Counted from the first letter of the stretch, positions 19,252-29,092 are shown. The stretch is 64,000 nucleotides of DNA from Deferribacterales bacterium (GCA_050253075.1 JBFWJS010000004.1:128001-192000), one strand, 5' to 3'. Numbers and translations: made by a program. The notes: generated by a model from the sequence alone, not told the origin.

Positions 19252-20052
19252 ATGTTTACAGATAATAACGAGTACAAAAATGAAATAGAACTTTTGTGTG
19301 AAGAAGAAGCAAAAGAACGGATGAAGTCCTTTTGGTCAGCATTAATAGCTAATCCAGATTATAAAAAATTTCTTTATTATTATATTTTGACAAGTGAAAA
19401 GCAATATTTCAAAAATGACGAGGCTTACAGGCAAATTGAAGAAGAGTTAGAAACCATAACCAAAAATCAAAACGAAGAAGATGTCTATCATGAATTTCTT
19501 GAAGTCATAAAGAAATTGTTGCCCGACACAGAACCAACAAACAAAGATCAGATTATTAAAAAATGTGTCAGCAATCCAGATTTTATAAGACATGTTGCAA
19601 TAAATTCAAAAACAGACAGAGACTACTACGATGCTTTCATGGAAGTCATGAAAATGCTTTTTGAAGATAAGATAAGCATATTAGAGCTACCACCAGAAGC
19701 ATATACTGTATGGTTAAGTTTTACTTGTGGTGCATTAAATCCTACTCAGGCTAAGAAGAAAGTTCTAATCACTGAAGAGCATAGAAAAGTATTTTCCGTA
19801 TGGGCACTAAATGAGTTTTTTAAAGTAAAGCCAAGCACAACTGTTAATGGGGACAAAAACGGTGTTGTTAAGACTTGTGGATTCGACTTAGTAGCCAATG
19901 CTGAATATACTAGTTATGAAGCAATGAAAACACTCTGGAGTAATTATAGGCGTAAAAATACTTACAAATTTTATCGCTTATCTGAAATTGAAGATTTGCC
20001 AGTGATAATAACTGATGAAAACAAAAAGCTACTATTCGAAATAAACGACTGA
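19252..20052 (+). CDS. Hypothetical protein (paralog of 18339..19118)
   Basis: Collinear motif similarity to the upstream ORF. Confidence 0.75.
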   Translation: MFTDNNEYKNEIELLCEEEAKERMKSFWSALIANPDYKKFLYYYILTSEKQYFKNDEAYRQIEEELETITKNQNEEDVYHEFLEVIKKLLPDTEPTNKDQIIKKCVSNPDFIRHVAINSKTDRDYYDAFMEVMKMLFEDKISILELPPEAYTVWLSFTCGALNPTQAKKKVLITEEHRKVFSVWALNEFFKVKPSTTVNGDKNGVVKTCGFDLVANAEYTSYEAMKTLWSNYRRKNTYKFYRLSEIEDLPVIITDENKKLLFEIND

Positions 20053-20202
20053 TCATACATGATATTTAACCTCATCATCCTGAATTAATAATCTCCGTGT
20101 GGCACAACCACATCAAATCTTCCCCACTTATTTTTACCACTCATCACAGATATAGTTTTCTTAACAAATGGCTCGCAAGAGTCAAAAAAAGGAGACACTA
20201 TT

Positions 20203-20784
20203 ATGTGTAAATTAAACAATGTATCAAAAATGTCCGAAGAACAAAAAACTATGTCAGCAGAGCTTAATGACTATCTGTATCGAATTCATGAAGCTATCAG
20301 CGAAGCCAGAAAATCATCTTATAACATTTTCGCTGTATTTCTTGAGGCGCATGAGAATCTTAGCAACATTGAGTTCAATGATTTCTTAGACAAGGTTGAG
20401 TATGAAAAGAGCAGTATCAACAAGATGATGAAAATCTGTAAAAACAAGACTCTAGTCAAGCACATCGGCTTAGGGGGGCTTCCTGAAAGTTGGGGCACAC
20501 TTCATCAAATCGCATTTCTGAAAGAAAGTGATATTGATAACTTCATTAGTGACGGTTCACTAAACAAGAACTCGACCTTTAATGACGTTACGAAGTTACG
20601 TGATTCTACCAAGACTAACTCTGCTAGTACTGGCAGTAAACGTTACGTTCTTCAATTTAAAGAATCTGTCGAAATAGACAACATTGCAAAAAATGAAATA
20701 AAGCAAGCCATAAAAATATTTGAGAAGTACTTTTCTACTGATGGCAAATTATTCAACAAAATATTTGGAAATAGTGAAGGTTAA
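20203..20784 (+). CDS. Phage/MGE-type protein (DUF3102-like, tentative)
   Basis: AGGAG RBS; LPESWGTLHQI motif resembles proteins of mobile elements; family call is uncertain. Confidence 0.55.
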   Translation: MCKLNNVSKMSEEQKTMSAELNDYLYRIHEAISEARKSSYNIFAVFLEAHENLSNIEFNDFLDKVEYEKSSINKMMKICKNKTLVKHIGLGGLPESWGTLHQIAFLKESDIDNFISDGSLNKNSTFNDVTKLRDSTKTNSASTGSKRYVLQFKESVEIDNIAKNEIKQAIKIFEKYFSTDGKLFNKIFGNSEG

Positions 20785-20786
20785 TC

Positions 20787-21407
20787 ATGAATAACATGAA
20801 AACATTCGATGATTTCATATTTCATTCAGTACTAAGGAATGAACTAAAATATCTGCTAAATAACCCAGAGAGGATTCCAAGTCCTCTCTGCTTCTACGGC
20901 AGACCAGGCAACGGCAAGACATCTTTTGCTAATTATATAGCAGAAACATTTTGCTCTGAAGGATTTTACTATGACATGAATGAATACAAAAAGAGTGGTG
21001 CAAGTAGTGGGAAACTGCTGGAAACCATTAACCGTTATGCGTCTATGGCAACAATAAATGATGAAAGCAAACCTCTAGGTAAATGTATAATACTCGATGA
21101 ATGGCACAACGCCACATACTCGCAACAAGATGCATATAAAGTGCCTTTTGAAACGTACTCGCAAAAAGCAAACGTACTATTCATACTATGCTTAAACACA
21201 GACTGGAGCCTGCCCATTGAAAAGGCTCTTAGTCCTGCTATTAAGTCTAGGTGTCACTGTGTTTCATTTGATACAAGAAGTTCACAGTTGCCAGAACTTA
21301 AAGCACTAGTTAGTGAGCGATACCCTAATTTGAGTGAGACACAAATAGCTACTGCTTTACCAGACATGCGGGTAATACAGAGACTTGCTGATATGTACTC
21401 AGCTTAA
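20787..21407 (+). CDS. AAA+ ATPase, clamp-loader (RFC small subunit / T4 gp44)-like
   Basis: Walker A GRPGNGKT, Walker B IILDE, AIKSRC arginine-finger motif, DMR sensor-2. Confidence 0.75.
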   Translation: MNNMKTFDDFIFHSVLRNELKYLLNNPERIPSPLCFYGRPGNGKTSFANYIAETFCSEGFYYDMNEYKKSGASSGKLLETINRYASMATINDESKPLGKCIILDEWHNATYSQQDAYKVPFETYSQKANVLFILCLNTDWSLPIEKALSPAIKSRCHCVSFDTRSSQLPELKALVSERYPNLSETQIATALPDMRVIQRLADMYSA

Positions 21408-21421
21408 GTTCATCAATAATG

Positions 21422-21447
21422 ATCAGCGAGGAATATTCCTCGCTGAT
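21422..21447. repeat. Palindrome copy 3 (ATCAGCGAGGAATATTCCTCGCTGAT)
   Basis: 26-bp perfect palindrome about 107 bp upstream of the integrase gene. Confidence 0.85.
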
Positions 21448-21553
21448 TTATTTTCTGAATGCCTGACCGTTTTTATGCAACTCCCCAGCATAACCATTAA
21501 CTAAAGATGTATTTCTTAAACTAGGAATATTATAATCACTACGAGGTGTTTAA

Positions 21554-22759
21554 GTGAAGATTATCAAGAGTTTACAAGACGGTGACGTAGCTCTTTACCA
21601 GAGAGGTAAATACTACCACTGCCGACTGAAAGTGAATAACGAATATATTAAAAAATCATGCAAAACAAAGCATTTAAATGAGGCTGAGAAGTTCGCCTTA
21701 GACAAGTACCTTGAGATCAGGTACAGAGCGGAACATAACCTTCCGATTGAGTCTAAAAAATTCCAGAATGTTGCACATATAGCAATCAGGAACTTACAGA
21801 ACCAACTGGATTCAGGGGATGGCAAGGAGGTCTATTCTCACTACATTGGTTGCTTGAGGCGATATTTCATTCCTTTTTTCAAAAACAAGAACATCGACCT
21901 GATCGGGTACAAAGAAATGAAAGAGTTTGACGAATTCAGAAGAAAGAAGATGGGTAGAGTCCCATCTGCATCTACAATCAAGACTCACACTTCTGCCCTG
22001 AACTATGTCTTTGACATTGCAATTCAGCATCAGTGGATATTGAAGTCACAAATTCCACACCCCAAAAATCAAGGGCGTAAAGCGAGCAGAAGACCGCATT
22101 TTACTAGAGAAGAGTACAGGAAACTCGTTAGGAACATGACTGAATGGTCTAAAACAGGTCACAGAAAAACAACTCGTGATATCAGAGTGCTACTGAGAGA
22201 CTATGTACTGATTCTGGCACATACTGGCATGAGGTGTGGTAGGGAAAGTCTAAACCTTAAATGGAATCAAATCGAGTTCTTTAAGCATAATGGTGATGAA
22301 TATCTCAAGTTCTATGTTGATGGAAAAACAGGTAAGAGAGAACTGATTGCTCACAATAATATAAGAACCTATCTGGAGCGGATTAAGGACAGATTTGAGG
22401 ATTTGAAAGACTTATCTCTGAAAGAATGTACCAATTCAAATGAGTATGTTTTCAGAACTCCTGACGGTAGGAGACCGGGAAATCTGCTTAGAAGTTTTGA
22501 ACAGCTTCTGGTTTATTGTGACCTGTTACATGACAAGTACGGAGACAGAAGAACCCTTTACTCTATTCGCCACACATACGCTACAAAACAACTGAGCAAA
22601 GGAGTTAATATTCACCTACTCGCAAAACAGATGGGGACATCGGTAAAAATGATTGAGGAACACTACTCGCATCTGGTTCCGTCCATGTCTGCGGATATGT
22701 TATCTGGCAGGAATCATTTCAAAGAAGAAATAAATAGTATAAAAGTGGTGGTTAAATGA
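21554..22759 (+). CDS. Tyrosine site-specific integrase
   Basis: HTGMRCGRE (catalytic R), YSIRHTYAT, QMGTSVKMIEEHY; N-terminal arm-binding-like region. Confidence 0.92.
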   Translation: MKIIKSLQDGDVALYQRGKYYHCRLKVNNEYIKKSCKTKHLNEAEKFALDKYLEIRYRAEHNLPIESKKFQNVAHIAIRNLQNQLDSGDGKEVYSHYIGCLRRYFIPFFKNKNIDLIGYKEMKEFDEFRRKKMGRVPSASTIKTHTSALNYVFDIAIQHQWILKSQIPHPKNQGRKASRRPHFTREEYRKLVRNMTEWSKTGHRKTTRDIRVLLRDYVLILAHTGMRCGRESLNLKWNQIEFFKHNGDEYLKFYVDGKTGKRELIAHNNIRTYLERIKDRFEDLKDLSLKECTNSNEYVFRTPDGRRPGNLLRSFEQLLVYCDLLHDKYGDRRTLYSIRHTYATKQLSKGVNIHLLAKQMGTSVKMIEEHYSHLVPSMSADMLSGRNHFKEEINSIKVVVK

Positions 22760-22941
22760 GTTTCATAGAAATGCTAAAAAAATCTGATAAGAATTGCTTT
22801 GAGTACGACGGGGCTTATATCCTGATTTCAGAGACTAAGGCAGAAATTGTTCATGTCCGAGAAGGTCAGGTTAAGTCCTCGTACTTCAAGCTAAAAATCC
22901 CCAAGAGATTAAAGAGATCTGAGATCATCTATCTCGGATAA
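22756..22941 (+). CDS. Small hypothetical protein
   Basis: 61-aa ORF overlapping the integrase 3' end. Confidence 0.4.
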   Translation: MSFIEMLKKSDKNCFEYDGAYILISETKAEIVHVREGQVKSSYFKLKIPKRLKRSEIIYLG

Positions 22942-23016
22942 TTGGCAGAACAATTATGAATTACCGTCGTTGTGAGCTCAAAAAGGTCATCAACTTGAAG
23001 CCTACCAGATTATAAT

Positions 23017-24129
23017 TTAATTTTCTGTTACCTCACAATATTCAATCGAACTATTTATAATGCGTACTTTTTTTATGTCTCCATTTGGTTTTGCTGAATC
23101 AACGCCGAAAAGAACATAATTATCACCTGTAGCTTTATTACTCTTGTATTTAACCCCATGAACAAAAGGTTTTCTACGGTCATCAGATCGTAATGATTTA
23201 AGATATTCACACAAATATTGTGTTGGTAGATATTCAAATTCACTGTTTTCTTCTAATACCGGCTTATTTAACTCCTGTGCAACATAATTCAAAAGGTCAC
23301 GGTAACGTAATTTATCTTTAAATCCATCAACAAACGGAGACTCAATAACCATTTCTTTTCCCAAATCAAGAATTCTCAATTTTTTAACAGCATTAAACTT
23401 TACATAACAGACTTCTGTCTTTACAGGTGGTCGAACCTCATTTATTGCTGTATCAACGTCTGAAGCTAAATACAAGTACGGTATCCCTTTTGGGTTAGCT
23501 CTTCCAGAATTAGCCTTACCAAATGGAGGAGCTTTCAAATCTTTAAATTTGTATTTAGCACCTCCATCATGAATCCGTGCTCTATAAAAGATTTTAGATG
23601 CGTCTACAATTTCATAATTTTTGAATGTAGCGATTCCTGTTTTAATTAAACTTTCAAAATCTTCAAAATCTCTGCCTCTTAATAAAAATCTATTCTTGAA
23701 AATTATGCTTTGAGATATTTTTTGAAAACAAATCTTTCCGTATTCACTATATAAAGAGGAACGATTAGGGAAAATACGACCTATACTATTTGCTGATAAC
23801 TGCAATATAGAATCTTTCTCATCTTTAAAAAGATCGCTTAGTATCAATTCGCATCTCGATTGAGCGATAAACATGTCCCAATCTTTCTGTATTCCTTGAA
23901 AAAGATTAATTTCCCATTTTGATAAAAATGCTGCTCCAAAAATGGAATCGTTGTTATTGATAACTTTATAGAAATTGATTAATTCTAGGAATCTTTCTTT
24001 TAAGGCTAAAATATCTATGACATGATCTCTTATGGCATTACAGTAAGAGCATTTCCCACTGTGCCCTGACTTCAATATATCATTTTTAATAATTTTATCG
24101 TTAAAACACTCTGTACAACAATAACTCAT
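23017..24129 (-). CDS. RES-domain protein with Cys-rich N-terminal domain (putative NAD+ phosphorylase toxin)
   Basis: CCTECF.D and CSYC; FYRAR, GRANPKGIPYLYLAS..DTAINEVRP, YLPTQYLCEY, GVKYKS motifs. Confidence 0.85.
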   Translation of the reverse strand: MSYCCTECFNDKIIKNDILKSGHSGKCSYCNAIRDHVIDILALKERFLELINFYKVINNNDSIFGAAFLSKWEINLFQGIQKDWDMFIAQSRCELILSDLFKDEKDSILQLSANSIGRIFPNRSSLYSEYGKICFQKISQSIIFKNRFLLRGRDFEDFESLIKTGIATFKNYEIVDASKIFYRARIHDGGAKYKFKDLKAPPFGKANSGRANPKGIPYLYLASDVDTAINEVRPPVKTEVCYVKFNAVKKLRILDLGKEMVIESPFVDGFKDKLRYRDLLNYVAQELNKPVLEENSEFEYLPTQYLCEYLKSLRSDDRRKPFVHGVKYKSNKATGDNYVLFGVDSAKPNGDIKKVRIINSSIEYCEVTEN

Positions 24130-24212
24130 GTCTTGCCTCACAATTTTTACGTTAATAAAAACACAACTAAATTGCAATTCAATTACGATATGTTTAGAGT
24201 GTACTTCTAAGT

Positions 24213-24845
24213 CTAAAATAAATCCATTGTGCTGTTCGACTGATCTATAGAGTTGAACAATTCCTCGTTATGATATTTCAGATAAATCAGCGTGTTATTG
24301 ATTGATTTATGTCCCAAGAATTTCTGTAAGAGAACTATGTTCATACCTGTTGAGAGAAGGTGAATTGCTCTGGAATGGCGGAACATATGAGAATGTCCGA
24401 AACTCTCTTTAGACTCTCCCAGAGTCCTCCTGATTAGTTTTCTCAGCCTGTACCAGATAGCAGGGTTGGAGATTTGCTTCTTTCCAGATTTCTTTGAAAA
24501 GATGTAGTCCGAATTATTCATATAGTTTTCAGTCTTATGAAGCATGAGTAATTTGGTGAGTTCGGACGAGAGTTTCAGGATACGAAAAGAGGGTTTTCTT
24601 TGCTTAAGTGTCATGACCTTAACCTTGTTCTCATAGAACATAACATCATCAAATTTCACGTTCATCCCTTCTGTTATTCTACATCCAGTCTCGAACATGA
24701 ACAGGAACACCATTTTCCAGAATTTTGAATCCTCTGCCGAAATCAGGGTCATTATATCGGACACATGAAGGTACTTGATTTCGTCTGATTTTTCAGATTT
24801 GACCACTTGAACTAATGTAGTATCACAGATTTGTATTTCTTGCAT
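24213..24845 (-). CDS. Small tyrosine recombinase (catalytic domain only)
   Basis: [20 protein letters not shown] and [12 protein letters not shown] motifs. Confidence 0.9.
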   Translation of the reverse strand: MQEIQICDTTLVQVVKSEKSDEIKYLHVSDIMTLISAEDSKFWKMVFLFMFETGCRITEGMNVKFDDVMFYENKVKVMTLKQRKPSFRILKLSSELTKLLMLHKTENYMNNSDYIFSKKSGKKQISNPAIWYRLRKLIRRTLGESKESFGHSHMFRHSRAIHLLSTGMNIVLLQKFLGHKSINNTLIYLKYHNEELFNSIDQSNSTMDLF

Positions 24846-24989
24846 AAATAGCTCCTAGATTTAGACTTTTACCACTTGGTTATTATATTAAATCTAGGAG
24901 AGAAATACAGAGAAGAAATAGCATAAAGCTATTAAATACCAATAGTTTAGTTATCAGCATTTAACATTATAGTTCATTCTATTAAATTC

Positions 24990-25016
24990 AATTCAGACCG
25001 TTTTTCGTTCTAAATT
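24990..25016 (+). repeat. 27-bp recombinase-type site, copy 2 (AATTCAGACC GTTTTTC GTTCTAAATT)
   Basis: 145 bp upstream of the small recombinase gene; overlaps the stop codon of 25015..26463. Confidence 0.8.
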
Positions 25017-26463
25017 AATAGGTCTTTTCAGAGAAGCCAATAATCATGTTCAGTTCTTGGTAGATGAATTGCCTCAGTTCATTTACATCAATTTTACCAT
25101 CAAAGATTACACAGTCATGTATCTGGTAAAAATCAGCGATTCCTTTGCTTTCAATAAATTCAATCATCTTTAATCTAACCTGCCGTTCAACCAGTTCATA
25201 GATTCTGTAAATTCTCCTATCATCTAGAGATTTGCCCCTGCCTTTCCCTTTAAGTGTTTGATTATGTTCCTGTATCTCAGCATCAATCATGTCTTTGAAA
25301 TCCTTAACCCTGATATTGCCAATCTTGAAGAATTCATTTGAATCAGAATTTTGGTGATAGAACTTTTCAAGAACTCTTTCCCTTAGTTTATTTGTTTCTG
25401 CGATATACGGTTCAACTAGTTTCTTGCATTGAAGAATTGATTTTGGCGAAAAAAGATTATTCCTCTGTTTGCAGTATTTGTATATGATTCTGCTCTTTGG
25501 CGAGTAGCTAATAGAAGTAATGATCTCTTTTGCCAGCGGTTCACTGCATCTGAAAACATTGGTGTATTTCCATCTGAACATTGACTTATTGGTTATCAAT
25601 GAATAATGGGCTGGGAAATCTTCTTTAAGATAACTCAGAGAATTCCTCTTGCTCTGAATAATCGTGTTCATGTAATACAGGTTCACCAGAACAGATTGAA
25701 TGGCAGAGTTAATATCTATTTCCGTGTATCCCTTCAATATCACTGACCTGAAATTCTTTGAAAACATACCTATTGTCGTGTATTCCCTTCCGTGCCCCTC
25801 AAGGCTCGACTTTAAGACCTCGTTTTCAGCATATACATATTCACTATCACTACCGATGCAGTTATTCAGCAGTATAAGGAAATCATCACAAAGCCCTTTC
25901 TTAAACTCCTTGTACAGCTTCAAGAAGATGTCTTTTCTCACTTTGATAAAACTATCTGCTTTTTGATCTGCATCGGTTCTGAGAACTGTTCTAATCTTCT
26001 CTTTATGAGCATCTTCGTAATATTGGAACTTATCTAAGTACTTGATCTGTCTAACTGTCAGCCACATTGCAGTATCAACAGCTTTATTGATTAAATCAGA
26101 ATATGTATACCAATGTGGGTAGCCATTACGCTCTGAACCTTTGCTGTTGTTTCTGTGATATGTCGAGTTATCCCCCCTTCGGAAGAATACAAAATACTTA
26201 CTGAGCTTGTTCCTCTTTAATATTGCTAAGTCAGTACTGAAAATGTGGTATTCGTCAACATGTCCGCTACTGGGAAGGTGCTTATTCTGGTAAGAATAAC
26301 TGATTATCTTGGCTAATGTTTCAACCAACCCTTTCAGCGTTAAATGATGGTACTTCACATCCTTGTACTTTCTCAGGATTCTAATCTGGTTTAATATCTT
26401 TTTATTCAGAACTAATTCTAACTTCTCTTGAAATATCTGTTTCATATCTGGCATGTTATTCAA
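25015..26463 (-). CDS. Family-A polymerase-related protein (TV-Pol-like), putative primase/replicase
   Basis: GREY, motif A EIDINSA, motif B AKEIITSISY and motif C QIHDCV in the expected order; start codon uncertain. Confidence 0.65.
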   Translation of the reverse strand: MNNMPDMKQIFQEKLELVLNKKILNQIRILRKYKDVKYHHLTLKGLVETLAKIISYSYQNKHLPSSGHVDEYHIFSTDLAILKRNKLSKYFVFFRRGDNSTYHRNNSKGSERNGYPHWYTYSDLINKAVDTAMWLTVRQIKYLDKFQYYEDAHKEKIRTVLRTDADQKADSFIKVRKDIFLKLYKEFKKGLCDDFLILLNNCIGSDSEYVYAENEVLKSSLEGHGREYTTIGMFSKNFRSVILKGYTEIDINSAIQSVLVNLYYMNTIIQSKRNSLSYLKEDFPAHYSLITNKSMFRWKYTNVFRCSEPLAKEIITSISYSPKSRIIYKYCKQRNNLFSPKSILQCKKLVEPYIAETNKLRERVLEKFYHQNSDSNEFFKIGNIRVKDFKDMIDAEIQEHNQTLKGKGRGKSLDDRRIYRIYELVERQVRLKMIEFIESKGIADFYQIHDCVIFDGKIDVNELRQFIYQELNMIIGFSEKTY

Positions 26464-26714
26464 TTAAGTGATTTGACCGAGAAGCTCACGAGCGGAAACT
26501 AAGAGTTCTAATACAGTAATGTTTGATGAACCAAAACCAAACAAAAAAGCAACTTTTACTGCTAAGGAAAACTAATCCCTTCTTTGTGTTCCTTTAGTTC
26601 CCTTCTATTAGTTCTAACCTCTTATTTCTTTATTTCTCTTTAATCACCTTTCCTTTAATTTTCCTCTATTATGTTGAACAAGTAACAACCACTTAACCTA
26701 GTTAAATGGCTTTT

Positions 26715-26741
26715 AATTCAGAATATTTTTCGTTCTGAATT
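26715..26741 (+). repeat. 27-bp recombinase-type site, copy 3 (AATTCAGAAT ATTTTTC GTTCTGAATT)
   Basis: Near-perfect arms; overlaps the stop codon of 26740..26982. Confidence 0.8.
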
Positions 26742-26982
26742 AGTCCTGTCTTTCTCTTAGTTCTCTGATTAGATCGGCTGTACTGATTGGTTGTATTGCA
26801 GGTTTCATGACCTCTTGTTCCTGAACAATATTGCTTCTTGTACTCTCAGTACCATGCTTGTAATGATGCTCTTTTACCAGATCACAGATAAATGAACTCA
26901 TATTGTTTGACGATGTTTTCAGAATCTCGTAAACCTCTTCTGTAACTGATATTGTCATTGCCTTTTTCTTGTAGTTTTTCAT
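26740..26982 (-). CDS. Small ribbon-helix-helix (CopG-like) DNA-binding protein
   Basis: MTISVTEEVYEIL....NMSSFICDLV pattern; AGGAG RBS. Confidence 0.6.
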   Translation of the reverse strand: MKNYKKKAMTISVTEEVYEILKTSSNNMSSFICDLVKEHHYKHGTESTRSNIVQEQEVMKPAIQPISTADLIRELRERQD

Positions 26983-27153
26983 GATTTTATCTCCTTTAGA
27001 TAATATTATTTATATCTCTAAATAGGCATTTAAATACTCACAGCGACACAGATAATGGCTAAATAATAGTTTATTACCATATGTTTAACTAAAGAGAGTA
27101 TGAGTCATTTATGAATATTAAGGAATGAACAGGATAAATCCCGAAAGTTATAT

Positions 27154-27173
27154 AGCGAGGAATATTCCTCGCT
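27154..27173. repeat. Palindrome copy 4 (AGCGAGGAATATTCCTCGCT)
   Basis: 20-bp perfect palindrome in a divergent intergenic region. Confidence 0.85.
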
Positions 27174-27266
27174 TGTTAGATTTTTTCATATATGGACGTA
27201 CTTGGTTTTAGAGTAAATTGTCTTTGTATCTTTTTGGTGCTAAAATCACCATTAGTGAGGTCAAAC

Positions 27267-27620
27267 ATGAGAACAAACTCTAAAAGCTACATTCAAAATA
27301 ATTTCCCCGACTTACTTCAATATAAATGTACTACTAGTCGCATGTATGAGAGCAAAGATAAATCTAGCTATAATGATAACTGGTGGTTCAACTTCAATCT
27401 TAATGATTTAGGGAAGGACGATTACATAGTATTTGCAGGAGCTTTAGACTACAATAATCAGGATTTTCGCATTTACAAAGTACCAGTTGATTTCATTAAG
27501 AATAATCTCCAACATCTTTATAACAAAGAAGGATTTGTAATTTTGTATATCACTATGGAATCATCTATCGACATCAGGACAAAAAACAAAATTTCTTTCA
27601 ATGCTTTTAGATTAAATTAA
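27267..27620 (+). CDS. Hypothetical protein
   Basis: ATG after GAGG; 117 aa with an NWWFNF motif. Confidence 0.55.
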   Translation: MRTNSKSYIQNNFPDLLQYKCTTSRMYESKDKSSYNDNWWFNFNLNDLGKDDYIVFAGALDYNNQDFRIYKVPVDFIKNNLQHLYNKEGFVILYITMESSIDIRTKNKISFNAFRLN

Positions 27621-27645
27621 GCATAAACTTGGCAAGATAAAGTTC

Positions 27646-27677
27646 AAAAAAGGAGCCTCCCTATCGGGAGACTCCTT
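27646..27677 (-). terminator. Terminator-like hairpin after the lipoprotein gene
   Basis: AAGGAGCCTCCC-tatc-GGGAGACTCCTT preceded by an A run. Confidence 0.55.
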
Positions 27678-27715
27678 GAGACCTATATTATTCCCTTTGT
27701 TTGTAGATTTAGCTG

Positions 27716-28969
27716 TTATAAGGAACTGGCATAGCCAATGAGTTCATTGTAATCCAGAGTTCCGTAGTTATCTGAGAAATTGAACCAACCAGAAAGACCA
27801 AATGGTGCTGATTCTGTATTCTGCTCTGATACAGAGTCAATTCGGGTGAGAATATTCCTTGTTGTTGCTTCAAGCTCAAAATCATCGACAGTACAGCCGT
27901 CAAAATCAGCAGACGATTTATTCACGATGTTCTGAATCTCGTACATGTTCTGAGTTCCGGCAATGTCATTCAGAATGTCTTCATCAGCATAGATGTAACC
28001 CTCTGAACTCTGACATGTATAATCGGAATCATCACCGAGCCTTGATTCAAAAGTGGTGAATGTATAGACCTCAGTGTTCGAGTCAGGATTCTGTCTCACT
28101 CTTTCACTATAAGATATTGGTCTGATTTCGGTTTCCAGATCATCTTCTACTTTAGTGAGTTCGTAGATTGTTCTCTCGTTAGTGAACACGATTACGTCTT
28201 TATACCAAGCATCTGGATAAGCATTTTTGTTGTCGATTTCACTGCCCTGATAGTATTGAACCATTACAAAGTTAGTGTCACCGTACTGTGCTTTGAGAGC
28301 AAGTGTGTCCTCAAGAGACTTGGCAAGGACAGGTACAATGTCTCCTGCAAGGTCATGAGCGACAGCATTCTGTTCTTCTACATAGTCAGAATAGAGTTCT
28401 TCTTCTGTAAGCCCAAGTGTCTGAGACACGTTCTGAACTGTTTCATCCATGAGCAAAAGAATGTCCTGAACTGCTGATGGGTTTGATGAGAAATAGTCAC
28501 ATGTTACATCTGCACCATATTCCTGAAATATCATGCTCTGAATCTTAGTCCAGAGAACAGAAGTTAAAGGTGTGATGTGAGCTGTTGTTTTCTCAGTTGT
28601 GCCGCCAAAATTTGGTGTTCTGAACATCTGATATGCTTCTGTTACTGTGCCATTCTCTAGGTCAACTGCACCGACAGGAACATCAACCACGAGTGGCGAG
28701 TTCCAAGCACATGCTTTCTGTGTTTCATCTTCAAAAGTCAGGTTAAAGAGTCCGCCTTCTCCAGATACTACAGATGGTTCACCATCATCAAGCTCACCGT
28801 TGTAGTTCAGGTCATAAAAGATTGTTGCTCCTTCAATGTAACCATCAATGACCTTACCTGCCATATCAGCAGTGGTTAAGTCTGAATCTGATGAACTGGA
28901 AGACGAACCGCCACCTCCACATGCAGTCAAGGAAAGAAGCACTAATAACATCAAGCAGTATCTTTTCAT
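27716..28969 (-). CDS. Acidic surface lipoprotein
   Basis: Lipobox LTAC, G/S linker, GKVIDGYIEGATIFYDLNYNGELDDGEP motif. Confidence 0.75.
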   Translation of the reverse strand: MKRYCLMLLVLLSLTACGGGGSSSSSSDSDLTTADMAGKVIDGYIEGATIFYDLNYNGELDDGEPSVVSGEGGLFNLTFEDETQKACAWNSPLVVDVPVGAVDLENGTVTEAYQMFRTPNFGGTTEKTTAHITPLTSVLWTKIQSMIFQEYGADVTCDYFSSNPSAVQDILLLMDETVQNVSQTLGLTEEELYSDYVEEQNAVAHDLAGDIVPVLAKSLEDTLALKAQYGDTNFVMVQYYQGSEIDNKNAYPDAWYKDVIVFTNERTIYELTKVEDDLETEIRPISYSERVRQNPDSNTEVYTFTTFESRLGDDSDYTCQSSEGYIYADEDILNDIAGTQNMYEIQNIVNKSSADFDGCTVDDFELEATTRNILTRIDSVSEQNTESAPFGLSGWFNFSDNYGTLDYNELIGYASSL

Positions 28970-29092
28970 TGTAAAACCTCCATAAATGATTGTAAAAATT
29001 AGATTTTATAAGGTTATTCACTTATAAATCTTCGACAATAGAACCGCATATATGCGGTGTATAAACTTTAAACTTTAATGCAGAATTTGTAA

